A DNA stretch of 64,000 nucleotides from the human T2T-CHM13v2.0 reference genome, Homo sapiens. Made by a program: the position numbers and the translations under genes. Positions within the stretch are counted from its first letter, which is position 1. Each line of letters starts with the position of its first letter. Where the stretch lies: assembly GCF_009914755.1 (NCBI RefSeq), contig NC_060937.1. One strand, given 5' to 3'. Below, piece by piece: positions 45,703-60,050 of this stretch. The notes under the pieces were generated by a model. That model was given only the letters and a program-made list of their open reading frames with translations, was not told the origin of the DNA and did no database searches.

Positions 45703-47149
45703 TAAAGATCTTTGGAGCACTGTCTAGTTGTGAAATGCTGTGTGGAGTGGTTGCTATGACTTTTCAAGGTTCTGGCGATATTTTACCTTGAGGTTTACCA
45801 TATATACCATCCTCCCAGCTCAACATGTCTGAAAAGCTTTTACCATGTGAACTTCTGATTTCCTGTTACCTGTCTACACTGTGGATAATTCATGACTAGT
45901 TACTGGCCCTTCACCTTTGTGATCTTTGCCTTAAAATGTGTCCCCTGACTCTATGGGTTTGTACTGTCCTCGGCTTTCTTTTCTGGGGCTGACCTTTTGT
46001 TTACTTCCAAAAACCTCACTAACTTTTACAGATGTACCTTACAGGCGGTGGTCATAGAAAGCAGGCTTCCTAATGCGTCCTTTGCAAGTTTTGTGTAAAC
46101 TACCTTAAAACTCACTGTTTCCCCCTTCTCCTTTCCCTCCCTGCTTTCAGTAAACTCCCACTTCAGGTCTCATCATCTCAAATTGTTTCTCCACCAGCCT
46201 CCTTCGGTCCTCTTAGATCACCATTTTTGCAATCTGAGCAGACAGGCCCTGGGCCAAGCGGTGTGTCCACAACGTCACGTGGCTCTCTGTTTCTGAAGAT
46301 GCGGGGGGATCCTGACACGGAGATCTCAGGATGGGGAAAACTGTGTACTCTCAGCAGATCCGCTCACTCTACTGACATTTCCCGAACACCTACTCGGTGT
46401 TAAGCACCCTGAGAGGGATGGGGTGGTGACTAGACAGAAGACAGGCCCACATTTACAGGCAGGCAAGGGGAGCGCGCGAGGAAGCCTCCGGCGACTGACC
46501 CAGGGCGGAGAAGAGTCACAGAGGAAGGGGTTGGTGAGCAGAGCTGGGAATGAAGAATGAGACAGCACACAGCTGGCCCCAGAAAGGGAGAAATTTGGTT
46601 TCTCCGTGCTGTGGAACTGAAGAGCTGGCAAGAGGAGAGGAGGGTGTGAGACAGAGGAAGGGGCTGGGATTTTATCTAAGAGCCACAGGAAGCTGTTGAA
46701 AAATTCAAAGCCAGAAGCAATGCCATCAGACTGATCATCTTTCCTTCTTTCTTTGATAGCTTGGAATCAGGAACTGAATTTGCAGCCCACTGCTTGCAAC
46801 TCTTGGGGGCCACCATTCTGCTGTTTGAAGATTCATTCACCCTGCCTTCATGTTCTTATAACTTGACCACTCTGTCCTCATTTATTAACTCTCCTGGTAC
46901 TGAATGCATCTCCACAAGCCCCGCCAAATGCGAATAAACCACGTTAGCACATTTACTCTCATAACAGCCCTTGAGTTAAACATTTTATATCTCATCTTAC
47001 AGGGAAGGAAATTGAAGCCCAGAGAAATTCAGTGACTCACCCATGGCCTTAGAATTTTTTCATTCATTTCTGGAACTTGTTCACTATCTCGCTTCCTCAA
47101 CTGACTGGAAACACAACAAGGGCAGCGACTGTGTTTGCAGTGGTCATGG

Positions 47150-48521
47150 TGAGAGGTGACAGCGTGCTGGCAGTCGTCACAGCCCTCGCTCGCTCTCGGC
47201 GCCGCCTCTGCCTGGGCTCCCACTTTGGCGGCACTTGAGGAGCCCTTCAGCCCACCGCTGCACTGTGGGAGCCCCTTTCTGGGCTGGCCAAGGCCGGAGC
47301 CGGCTCCCTCAGCTTGCGGGTAGGTATGGAGGGAGAGGCGCGGGCGGGAACCGGGGCTGCGCGCGGTGCTTGCGGGCCAGCGTGAGTTCCGGGTGGGCGT
47401 GGGCTCGGCGGACCCCGCACTCGGAGCAGCCGGCCGGCCCTGCCGCCCCGGGCAATGAGGGGCTTAGCACCCGGGCCAGCGGCTGCGGAGGGTGTACTGG
47501 GTCCCCCAGCAGTGCCAGCCCACCGACGCTGCGCTCGATTTCTCGCCCGGCCTTAGCTGCCTTGGCGCAGGGCAGGCCTCGGGACCTGCAGCCCGCCATG
47601 CCTGAGCCTCCCACCCCCTCCGTGGGCTCCTGTGCAGCCCGAGCCTCCCCGAGGAGCACTGCCCCCTGCTCCACGGCGCCCAGTCCCATCGACCACCCAA
47701 GGGCTGAGGAGTGAGGGCACACGGCGCGGGACTGGCAGGCAGCTCCACCTGCAGCCTCGGTGCGGGATCCACTGGGTGAAGCCAGCTGGGCTCCTGAGTC
47801 TGGTGGGGACGTGGAGAACCTTTGTGTCTAGCTCAGGGATTGTAAATACACCAATTGGCACTCCGTATCTAGCTCAAAGTTTGTAAACACACCAATCAGC
47901 ACCCTGTGTCTAGCTCAGGGTTTGTGAATGCACCAATGGACACTCTGTATCTAGCTCCTGTGGTGGGGCCTTGGAGCACCTTTATGTCTAGCTCAGGGAT
48001 TGTAAACGCACCAATCAGTGCCCTGACAAAACAGACCACTGGGCTCTACCAATCAGCAGGATGTGGGTAGGGTCAGATAACAGAATAAAGGCAGGCTGCC
48101 CTGAGCCCGCAGTGGCAACTGGCTCACGTCCCCTTCCATACTTTGGAGCTTTGTTCTTTCGCTCTTTGCAAATGAGCCACTGCTCACTCTTTGGGTCCAC
48201 ACTGCTTTTATGAGCTGTAACACTCGCTGCGAAGGTCTGCAGCTTCACTCTTGAAGCCAGCGAGCCCACCCGGAGAAATGAACAACTCCAGACAGGCTGC
48301 CTTAAGAGCTGTAACACTCACCGCGAAGGTCTGCAGCTTCACTTCTCAGCCAGCGAGACCACGAACCCACCAGAAGGAACAAACTCCAAACACATCCGAA
48401 CAGCAGAAGGAACAAACTCCAGGCGCCCCACATTAATTTAAGAGCTGTAAAACTCACCGTGAGGGTCCGCGGCTTCATTCTTGAAGTTAGTGAGACCAAG
48501 AACCCACCAATTCCGGACACA
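47150..48521 (+). mobile_element. Solo LTR12 (LTR12C-like, HERV9)
   Basis: Starts tgagaggtgacagcgtgctggcag and ends ccaattccggacaca. It has ~41-bp U3 repeats with CCAAT boxes, U5 repeats (ttaagagctgtaacactcaccgcgaaggtctgcagcttcact) and a 4-bp TSD atgg/gtgg. Confidence 0.96.
47851..48089 (+). promoter_or_regulatory. LTR12 U3 promoter: five CCAAT (NF-Y) boxes, a GATA site and a TATA-like AATAAA
   Basis: CCAAT at 47851, 47892, 47933, 48011 and 48049; agataa at ~48075; AATAAA at 48084-48089. Confidence 0.75.
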
Positions 48522-48821
48522 GTGGGCGTGTGCGCGCTTCCAGCACAGCAGCTCTCACGTCTGGGAGGCTGGGCTGCTGACCGACTGACCCACCGACCCT
48601 CCCTTCTGGTAACACTGGGAACCAGCCAGGGTCAGGGTCAGAGTCGGAGTGGCCTCAGCCTAGCGGCTGCCCGATTCCTAGATTTGCGCGCCAGCCGCTC
48701 CACTGTCTCCTTCCGCCTGCCTTCCGTATCCGTGCTCTTAAAGAAGACCCGACATTTAACTTTCAAGTATATCGGGTAACTAAAACCAGCTTCACGTTTC
48801 GTTGCCCTTAATGCTAGATCC

Positions 48822-49176
<355 letters not shown>

Positions 49177-50568
49177 TTACGGTGAATAAACTCAGGCTTA
49201 GAGAGTGCGGTTGACTCCCCAATGTCATGCAACTCCTTACCAGCGAGGCATGAATTCAGCAGTGTCCCTGGGTGCCTCCAAATGTCCTATACAGTGTTTA
49301 CTGTGTCGCTTTGTTCGTTCAGAAACATCACGAGTAAATGTTTAATTCAGATTGCTTATAAAACTCAGTTATTTATATGCTTAGATATAGTTCTGGTGAG
49401 AATTTATTTTAAAGAGATTTTAAGCCACAACCTCTCTGCATCATTTTGCCTCAGATACTCAGAATCGGAGTGAGAAAACATTCTTGCCCACCGAGGCTCG
49501 TCGCTGTCCTGGGGCCTCTCCCCGCTCACTCACAATTCTGTCCCTGGGCTGTCGCATCCACCCAAGGTTTCAGCCACCACTTAACAACCTGCAGAATCCC
49601 AAACAATCATAACAATAGCTAACACGCACCGAGCATGGCTCATTCAATCCTCACCAACCTAATGCACTCCACGCTACAGAGGAGGAAGCTGGGGCACAGA
49701 GAGAGGAAAGGAATTGCCCACAGTTGTAGGCGGTGCACTGGGATGCGGCAGGGCCCCTTCCCCGGGATGGTGTTATGCGTAAAGCTCAGCGGCAGCCGCT
49801 CCTCCCCATCCCAGCTCCAAATCCCAATGACCAACTGCCTGCTGGTTTCCCCACAGGGCTGCCCCGTAACCAACTCAAAACTGAACTCAGCTTCTTGACC
49901 CGGAACACGCGGGTTGCCCACACAGCACCAGTCGTTGTTGGCCCTCCCTTTCTTTCCTAACGCATCACATTCCATCCACCCTTTCATTCCTAAATATTTC
50001 TCAGACCTGCTCCCTCCTGCCAGTGTCCATGGCTACAGCTGCCCAAGTGGCCTCTGTGCTGCAGTATCAGCCGTGGCCCCTGCCCAGGCCCTGGCCCCCA
50101 ACCCACACTGCCTCACGAATGTCAACATAGGATTCCCAAGGAGTCTGGGCACAGGCCCGCCTGCCTGCCTCAGCTCTCTCGGTGGCCCCGGAGCCTGCCG
50201 CCTGCCATGTTGCCAGCCTCTTCTACGGTGAGCAGCCTCGGCTTTGGCTGCAAGACCCAGTTCCCTGAGAGGCTGTCCCAATTCACGTGGCTCTGCTTTC
50301 ATACCGCTCTTCCTTCCTTCCCCTTGTATCCCCTCCCTCCCCTCATCTCCAGCAGAGCTAGTCACTTCCTCTTTAGCTCCAGCAGGCTACCCCTTAAACT
50401 CACACTCACCCAGGACTTTCTCTAGATGACAATTGTTTACTTGCTTTTCTCTGCTCCCAGGCAGTAGGAACTATGTTATGGCATCCAGAGCTATATAGTA
50501 TATAGAGTAGTTCCATAGATATCTCATCACATTCAGATGCATGGGTGGAGTGAAAGAATGAGAGGCAT

Positions 50569-51218
50569 TGTGATCCTTAATTTGATGGGTCAACTTGACT
50601 GGGCTAAAGGATGTCAAGATGGATGGTAAAGCATGATTTCCGGGAGTGTCTCTGAGGGTTTCTGGAAACAATCAGCATTTGAATTGGTGAGCTGCGTAAA
50701 GCAGGTGGCCCTCCCCAGTGTCAGTGGGTCTCATCCAATCCACTGAGGGCCGGAGTAGAACAAAGAGTAGAACAAAGACAGAGGAAGGAAGAGTTCGCTC
50801 TCTCTGCTTGAGATGATTTATCCATCTTCTCCTGACTTTGGATGTCAGAGCGCTGGGTTTTCAGGCCTTCAGACTCGTGCTGAATTACCCCACCAGCTTC
50901 TGTGGTCCTCCAGCTTGCAGACAGCAGATCGTGGGACTTCTCAGCCTCTATAATCACATGAGCCAACTCCCATAATAGATCCCCTCTTATATTCCCCTCT
51001 TACATATGCATATGTATATGTATTTGTATATGTATAGTATAGTATATGTATATGTGTAAGTATTTGTATATAGCATACGTATATGTATTTGTATATGTAT
51101 TTGTATAGTATATGTATATATGTGTATATGTGTATACGTGCATATGTATATGTATATGTACAGTATATGTATATGTATCCCATTGGTTCTGTTTCTCTGG
51201 AGAACCCTGACTAGCACA
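50569..51218 (+). mobile_element. MLT2 (ERVL) solo LTR
   Basis: tgtgatccttaatttgatgggtcaacttgactgggct...ttggttctgtttctctggagaaccctgactagcaca, with a perfect 5-bp TSD ggcat (50564-50568 and 51219-51223). Confidence 0.92.
51002..51178 (+). repeat. (TATATG)n-like expansion inside the MLT2
   Basis: About 175 nt of degenerate TA/TG repeat. Confidence 0.9.
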
Positions 51219-52057
51219 GGCATAAAGCCCTACCGATCAGCTCTGCACACACTGGGCCGGCCCACTTCTGCAGGGCTCTCAGCCTGCATGGGCTACTCAT
51301 TGCTGTGCCCGTGACAAGCATTCCTGACCAACTCCTCCCTCATCAAAGCCCCCTTCTGCCTCCAGCATCACCCGAATGGGGCCTCCACAGAGCCCAGGAC
51401 ATCAGTCCCTCCCCTCATCCTCACCCGAAGGGCGTCCCTCAGCCACAGTGGGAAGAATGATTGGAATCTGCCTGTTGATGGTGGGGCAGAGGGGCCCAAC
51501 GGTCCAGGAGGGAGCTACACATGGTTTGCTCTGTCTGATGAAAACAATCACTGGAGATTTGTGTAGTGAAGGCACAAAGGTACGCTAAATATTATTTACA
51601 ACTGAGATGTGATCAGCCTCTGAAAGGAAAGGTTTGTAAGGCCGAAGAAGAGCATCAGGAATTTCAAACATGTACAGTTAGCGAATTCCAGAAGGCTACA
51701 GTTTTAGCGAGATGAGCCTGTGTTCCCTGCAGGAGTCACCTGGGTCCTCCTGCTGCCACCTCTGCTTCCTCCACGTGAGAAGGAGGAAGTGAGAGCTCTG
51801 GAGTGTGGAGGGGCCCAATGAGCCCAGTAGTCCTTAAGCCCCAGGAGACACTCACCACTCTCATGTCCACGTCTCAGTGCAGATGGCAGCCCAGAAGCCT
51901 TGCTCGCTTATAACAACAGTAAATAGGAGAGCTGGGTAGGACCTGCTTCACCACTGAGCTTGCTGCCCTTATTTAGTGGGAGGAGGAACCTCAAGAGGGG
52001 AGCTACCAGGCCAACTCCCGTCCAGACCTTTCCAAGTTATTTCACTGAGGAGCAAGG

Positions 52058-52115
52058 ATGGTGCCACTGCACTCCAACCCTGGTGACAGAGGGAGAGTCT
52101 GTCTCAAAAAACAAA
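52058..52115 (+). mobile_element. Severely 5'-truncated Alu (3' end only)
   Basis: tggtgccactgcactccaaccctggtgacagagggagagtctgtctcaaaaaac. Confidence 0.8.
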
Positions 52116-53374
52116 CCAGGTTGTCTTATTGAATTCACACTGTTAGGAGATAGATGACAGATTTGAATTGAGCTCTAATTTTGTGAAGAAATTATTTTTT
52201 GGAGCAAATGCACTGGTCCTTCTTTCAAACACAAACTTAGCATTCATTTTCTCAAAAATAAATACATCTAGCTGAGCTACATAATATATGCACCCTGCAA
52301 GAACTTTAGAAAACCTAGAAGAGCACATGGAGAAAATAGTACTCATCAGGAATCCCACCAGGCAAAGATGACCACTGTTAACATTTCATGTAAGTGCTTC
52401 TAGCATTTTTGATGTATATTTGTTTTAGCTTTCCAAATTGCCGTTGTACGGTAATACTCTTTTGAATCTTGGTAGCATTTGGTTTTGCACTTTTTGCAAT
52501 ATGTTGCAAATGGTTTCTTCTTTTTTTCTTCTTTTGCTTGGTTTGTTTGTGTTTTAATTATTCTATTTTGTATTATTGTTTAAAACACCAATAAACATTT
52601 TGTATACATATCTTTATGAAAAATAATTATTTTCTTAAGAAAAAATTTTAGCAGCAGGATTACTATACCGAAGTATGTGCACAGACTTAAGGTTTGGGGT
52701 ACATGTTGCCAAACTGCCGTGAGGAAATGTGAAGCCAAATGCAGAAATGCTGTGTGTTTCCACACACTCTCAATCAACTCGAGGTTTTATTGTTCTTTTC
52801 TCCTCATCTCTAAGTTCATACACAGCCCAGAAGACAAATGAGGAGACAAACAAAATTCTTCAGCCGATTGCTGGTAACGCAAGGTATTTATACAAGGATT
52901 TCATTGAGTTCTTGTCCACTGAGGTGAAAGGAGAAAATTCAGAGTTGAGGCCTGCTTAAATGCCACCAAGCCAGGAACCTACTCAATCCATTAGAGCTTC
53001 TGAACCCAGTCATTTTTTTCTGGAGGCAAATCCTGCATGGTCTTAGGCAAAGCAAATGACTTGTCTCTACCATTTCCTTCTGCAACCAAAGAACCAAAAT
53101 TATTCTAAACTCCAGTAACTTGGTTTCCCCACCTGACCTTCCTGCAATGGTTTCAGTCACAGGCTCAGGAGGGCCTGGTCTCAGGTATGCCTCTTCCTCA
53201 GCGACCATGGCCTTTGCAAGAATACCTGGTAAGGAGGCTGAGGAAGTTCATAACCAGGGATGGAATTCAGTGGCTGCATGAATTTGGATGGGGAAAAAAA
53301 AGGCATATTTGTTTCACTAATCTTTGTCACTTAGACGATAAATGCAGCAGGCAACAGTCCATACTAGTGTTAGC

Positions 53375-53715
53375 AGTTTTGTGACTTTGTCAACAGAAGA
53401 AAATCATAGATGTTTTTAGATCTATTACAGTTGTTGCAGAGATTTTTAAATGTCATTAAGCTCATCACGGCTTTGAAATTACAGTAATTAATGAGACCTG
53501 ATAGTAGATCTTATTATTTAATGTGTTAATGAACAAATATATCTATGCATTTCTTAAAATATTCAGATAACTGAATATTTATATTTTAATATAAATGTTT
53601 TCTTTGTGATCCCATATATTCATATTTTAACATTTAAAACTTTATTCTAAGGGGTTCTATAGGTTTCACCAGACACCAAAGCAGTTTGTGACACACAAAA
53701 AAATTAAGAACCTCA
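53375..53715 (-). mobile_element. hAT-Charlie-like DNA transposon fragment
   Basis: Reverse complement gaggttcttaatttttttgtgtg...tggtgtctggtgaaacctatagaaccccttagaata. Confidence 0.6.
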
Positions 53716-53898
53716 GAGAAGGAAGCTAAATGTTGGGCCCTGTGGGTAAACCAACTCTTCTGTTTTATAATCTCAAAGTTATAAAAGATTTCCCTAATAG
53801 TGGAAGAATAGAGAGATTTTTGCATATCCCTTTTCCATTCATTCATTCATTCATTCATTCATTCTACAAACACTTATTTAGCGTCAACAAAGTGGTAG

Positions 53899-54196
53899 GG
53901 CTGGGCAAAGTGGCTCATGTCGGTAATTTCAACACTTTTGGGAGGCTGAAGCAGGAGTATCACTTGAGCTCAGGAGTTCGAGACCAGCCTGGGCAACATA
54001 GAGAGACCCCTGTCTCTACAAAAAAAAAAAAATCAAAAAATTAGCCAGATGTGGTGGTGCATGCCTGTATGCCCAGCTACTCAGCATTGATTGAGCCCAG
54101 AAGGTCAAGGCTGCAGTGAGCCAAGATCGCACCACTGTACTCCAGCCTGGGTGACAGGGTAACACCCTGTCTCAAAAAAAAAAAAAAAAAAAAAAA
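53899..54196 (+). mobile_element. Alu (AluJ-like)
   Basis: cacttgagctcaggagttcgagaccagcctgggcaacatag and gtcaaggctgcagtgag; internal deletion. Confidence 0.92.
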
Positions 54197-55005
54197 TTTT
54201 AAGTGCCAAACAAAGAGAAAAAACAATACCCAGACGCCCTCCTGAGAGAATCACTGACTCTGGCAGGTTAGAGAATGAGGGCTGGGCCCACCAGCGGAGC
54301 CACAGCTGGAGGAAATGCAGATTTCAGCTGCTCATTGCTTTGAAATCCATGGATGTTCCCTCCCTAAGGAAGAAATTCCATCAGAATAATTAAAAGTGTC
54401 CCCAGTAGAGAGCTCTTGGCACTCTGCGACTCCCAATCCTCTCTGTCTGTCAAAGTCCTCCGCGGCCTTCAAGATCCTACCTTGGATGCCCCTTCCCAGC
54501 TGGAGTGAATCATTCCTCCCTCAGCAGGCTCCCTCCCAGATGTTAGCACTGTAGCTTCTCATTTGCGTTATTTATGAGCCTGACTTGCCTGGGATCCAGA
54601 GCCCTCAGTGTTATTGTGTGGTGGCATGGGCTGCCCCGGTCCTGGAGCCCAGTGGGCCTGTTCCGAGCTCTGCCTCCCCCACTTCGAGGCTGAGTGACTT
54701 GGGTAGCTGACTCCCCTCTCCACTGGCTGATGGGCATCTGCCAGGTCCACCAGGGGCAAAACTGTGGCACCCGCTGCACCCGGAGCTCTCTAAGAGTTGT
54801 CTCCTACATTCTCCACCCAATCCAAATGTGATGTCCAAGAAGCACTCACCTGCTCACCCGCTCAATGGAGGGCCACTTTCCTTCTCAAAGTGCTCAGACA
54901 CAATCCTCCTAGCCCACCCGCTAGGCCTGGCGTCCCCACTCTCTCTGCTGAGATGGCCTCTTCCACTCAGTCCCCCACATCTTTCCACACTCAGTTCAGG
55001 TGGCT

Positions 55006-55301
<296 letters not shown>

Positions 55302-56894
55302 AAGTGGCTTCTTTCTGGAAACTTTTCCTGGTATTCATCTTCCAGCTCCTCAGGCAGAAACGACCGTTTCCTCCTTCACATCCCACTGTGCGCTGCACAC
55401 TTGATGTCCCCTCCCTGGCTAGAAGTTCCTTCAAGGCAGATACCAGGTCCTATTTATATTCATGTTTGTGGCCCCAGTGGCTAAAAGGCTATACTTACTT
55501 GCTGAATGAAAAGTGAGTGGAGGAATGAATGGATGAGTGAATGAATGCCCCTGCTCTCTTCTTCTTCCCCTTCTCATGGACTCTTTTCTATTTCTCCTAC
55601 AATCACTTGTGGTTCCAGTGCTGGCTTAGCCGTTAACTCTGTGGTATGGATAAGTGACTTTATGCCCCTGGGGTTCAGTGTCCCTGTAATGGAAGGGAGT
55701 AGGTAGAACTAGAGGTGGTTTAGAGACTGCTCTTTTGCTCCTATGTAATGTGATTCTGTTGTGTAATGGTGTGGGTGTCAGCATCTGCTGGGATGGAAGA
55801 GTCTCCCAAGGCCACACTCTCTGTCCCAGGTACCCACCAAGACCAAGGTCCTAACCCTCATATCTAGCTGGCCACTTAGCCTTACTAACAGCTTTCATGT
55901 TTTTAAGTCCCACCCCTGCCTGCCCTTAGACATTGGCTGGAATTCAGGCCCCCATTCTCTCTCTGCAAACTACCCTGGTCAGCAACTCCGTGATCTCTCA
56001 TCTCATCCAAGTCCATCTTGCCTTCTGCACAGCCCAGATGGCCAGCCCTAGAGTCTGGTCTCCAGGTCACCTTATTTGGGGGCAAAGGCTTCTGCAGAGA
56101 CTGCAAGGATTCTTCAAGGTCTGAATTTCCTGTTGGAGTGAAAATTCCTTGACTTCAACACTCCTTTCCCCAAATCTTGGGTGTGATTCTAGCTTGATTG
56201 CTTTCCTGAAACTCCTTTGCAGCCTTTGCCATCGAACTTTCTGGGCAGATCCCCACTTCCTTGTTCACAGAGGACAAATTTGGTTGGGAGGAGGAACATT
56301 AAGTTTTCCAACACCTGCAGACTGATTTATCTTTGCACTGACCTTCATTCTCTTGCCCTTTCTCTGAGAAGACCCTGATTCCCCTCGTGTGTGTGATTCC
56401 AATTTCCTCTTGCCTCCTCGGGGACAGTCAGCCTTAGCTCTGTGATTGATAGGCTTGTGCCAATGTCTCCTATCTTCCTGTGTTTCTCCTTGATCCTCCA
56501 TCTAGTTGTTTCTCAATTTCTTTGTCTTGTAGCCGAGTTCCTTCAAATGCCGACTTCCACTGACTCCCCCTCACCTCCTACCCATTGCTCAGGCCTCTAA
56601 AACTAGGTTCTGCTCCAGCCCATGGAAGCTCCTCACATCCTGCTACTCGCTGACCTGCGTGGACACTTTCCTGTTTCGAGTCTGCCTGGCATCTCTCCAG
56701 CGCGTGATGACGTGCACCTCTGCTTCCACCTGGACCTCCCAGGCTTTCAGGGCCCTCCTCCCTCGCCTCTGGCTACTCTTCCCAGTCCCTTCTGCTGGCT
56801 CAGCCTTCAGCGAGCCCTGCCTGGGCTTCCAGCCTGGGCCCTCTGCTCCTGGGCTACACTTGTCCTGAGCAGCTCCACCACCCTTTGTGTGGAA

Positions 56895-57305
56895 ATGGCT
56901 CTCCGTCACCCTCTGCAGCTGTGTCAGTCAAGGCTGGCGGACCACAGTAACCAGCCCTGAGTTTCTGTGGCTCAGCACATTTCAACTTTGTTTTTCACTC
57001 ACTTCGGTGTTCATTATGAGTTGGAGGGAGTAAAGGGAGGAGGTGGCCCCCTTCAGAGTCACTAAGAGAGCTGGCTCCTTCAGTCCTGTGGCATTGTCCT
57101 CCCCCACATCCTCCAAGTCCTCCCAGGCAGCTGGTGGATGCAGAGAGAGAATGTGGGAAGTTTCCCCAGGGCCACACCTGCAAGTAGCACAGATCTGTTC
57201 TGCTCACATCCCGTGGGCAGACGTGGCTGTACACAGCTGCCAGGGAGGTTGGAGATTAAGAGAAAGGCACAGAAGGGATGTTGGTCAGTGTCAGAGCCTC
57301 TGTCA
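56895..57305 (-). mobile_element. MLT1-type LTR fossil, probably within an L2 fragment
   Basis: agtcaaggctggcggaccacagtaacc...ttctgctcacatcccgtgggcag...gtcagagcctctgtca. Confidence 0.5.
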
Positions 57306-58502
57306 ACCTAGCCCAGATCTCTCCCCTAGCCCCAGAGCCTTAGGAGAGATCTCCACTTAGTTATCTTACAGGCTCCTCACTCTACATAGTCAGACTTATT
57401 GCCCCTCTATCTTCCTGTCCTGGCAGTGGTACTATCACCCACCCAATTACCTGAGCCGGAAGCCGGAGAAGGGCCCCACGCTCCTCCCCTGGCCCCACCC
57501 TGACAAGCCTCTCTGACCTGGTGAGTCTCTGGTTCACCCCTTCCTTGCCCTTACCCCACTGCTGGATTCAGGCCCTCGGTTAGCTAGCCTCTGATCTATT
57601 TCAATAGCTCAATGGCAGATTGCTCTGCAGACTCTCATCCTCTTTCATTCTTCCTAAAACAGAGTCTACTGTGGTCCTCCCCTGCAACTTGGTAGCATGA
57701 TTGCAGGCCGTGCCAGCCCTGAGCCCTCCCTCTCCCCACTCCTACCTCGCTGGCCCTCTCTTTCCAGCTTATGGGCCCCAGTCACAGGAAACCAGCTGTA
57801 TTTTCTACTCCTTTCTGCATGTTCACCAGAAGATAGATGTCTCCGACATTCCTCTCCTCTTCCTGTTGGCTGTCCGCATTTTATTGTAGAAGGAGCCGCT
57901 CAATCATCACTTGCTCAGGGATCCTTCTAGACTTTCCCTGATAGAGTTGACCGCTACCTCCAGGTAGATTCCTGTCAGTCATTCACAGAATGGTCTCAAC
58001 CACGAAGACCAGTTAAATATGTCAGAGAACGTGTCCTTCATCTATGGTATCAGGTGAATGACAATGAATTCAACTGGAAACTCCGGTAGGGCAGCTCTAG
58101 TTCTTTCTTCATCTCATAACTAGATAATTATAATTTCCATAAAACTGTGGGAATTCAAAGTAGTATGCAACAATAATTATTTCTTCTAAAATCCAAAGCA
58201 TGCAACCATAATTATTTCTGTGTAAAAAAAAAACGGAATCCCAATTTGTTGACAAGTAAACAGAGAAAGGACCTGTATTCATTAGGGATCCTCTAGTTTG
58301 CAAGCCACAGCAAACCTAACTTAAACCAGTTCAGAGAAAATAGCGATGTGCCCGCAGACGCACAGCTCAGCTCAGCTTTCCTTCAGCTGCCTCTGTCTTC
58401 TGGATCAAGTAATGGCCCCTGCAGGGTCCTCAAGCTTTCTGCTCACAACTGCATCCCTTCCTTCCTTCCTTTTCCCTCCCTCACTTCTTTCCTTCCTTCC
58501 TT

Positions 58503-58787
<285 letters not shown>

Positions 58788-58823
58788 CACTTTCAAGTGT
58801 TTCATTTTCAAATTGCCAATCCC

Positions 58824-58845
58824 GAGAGAGAGAGAGAGGAGAGAC

Positions 58846-58878
<33 letters not shown>

Positions 58879-58879
58879 A
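58824..58879 (+). repeat. Interrupted (GA)n microsatellite
   Basis: Direct reading of the sequence. Confidence 0.9.
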
Positions 58880-59839
58880 ATTGGGACAAGAGACTGGGAC
58901 AAGATTCGGAGTAACACACGTAAAGTTCACTCTGACTGGACCAGTTCACTCTGACAGGGCTGTGGCCAGGTGAGTGACATATGCCAATCAGGGCCATTTC
59001 TGTAGCCATATGGGGTTTCCCAAAGGAAGGAAGGAGAATGCATGCTGGGCAGCCAACAGCAGATGGTATTATAATACTCTTCCCAAAACAAGTTAGTAAT
59101 GAGACCAAAACTTCCTCTCTGAAGCTATGTCTTTTCTTCCTTCAGTTACCCACTTCACAGACAAATAAATCTTCTCCCTCTTTGTTCCCAGGACACTTCA
59201 GTGTATAGTGATATTGAGGGAGTGTCATGTAGGCTTATAATAATTCTTAATATATCTTTCTTGGCCACTAGACTGGGGTATCTCAAAAGCAGAAGTAAAG
59301 TGTTTTCATTTTGTACCCATGGCACCTAGGGGACTCCCTAAGCTTGGCACGTTGTGGGTGCTTAATAACTATGGAGGGTTTTATGGATGAATAAATAGTA
59401 GCATTGTCTATGGAAACATTTAGTCCTCCAGCACTGGCTTTTCGGGGTCAAGTGGCCGTGATATCAGCGTGGGAAATGTCGTTGTCTTATCTATGCTGTG
59501 GATCTGTCTGCAGCTGTGCTGGGCAGGGAGAGGGCGGCACCATTTGCCTTTGTGTGTGTGTATTCCCTGGGGATCTTCTGACTTGATCTGCACCTACTCT
59601 GCCCTTTGTAGTTTCTGGAAAGACATAGAATTCCACCAGATCCCACTAACCAAGCAACTTGATACACTAGAAGGATTTGGCGGAATCCTGTCTGTTGCTT
59701 TTTTCTGAAGGAGATGGGATTCGCATCCCTCTTTGGGGCACACACTAAGGGGATGGGCTGAATGCTAGCTCTGGGGAAGCCACAGATGCCAGACAGGCAC
59801 CACATGTCAGGAAGGAGCTGCCTGTCTTTGGGAAGCAGC

Positions 59840-60050
59840 TAAAATAGCGCTAAGAGCATGGACCTTGATGCTGGGCAAACCTGGTTTGCATCACACTTAT
59901 CAGCTCTTTCAACTTGACTTGGCAAGTTACTTATTCTCCTTTCTGTAGTATGGGTTAATAATGTCTTCTTCACAGGGCTGGTATGAAGAATAAATGAGAC
60001 ACTGTCTTCAAAGTTCATAACACACAGTAAATGCTCGATAACATGTGACG
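59840..60050 (+). mobile_element. MIR
   Basis: taagagcatggac...tgacttggcaagttactt...tgaagaataaatgaga...cagtaaatgctc. Confidence 0.7.

Noticed and set aside
47235-48520. ORFs up to 159 aa within 47.2-48.5 kb
   Set aside because: All lie inside the GC-rich LTR12; no gag/pol/env sequence is present (solo LTR).
50941-51314. Y/I/T-rich ORFs
   Set aside because: Translation of the TATATG expansion within MLT2.
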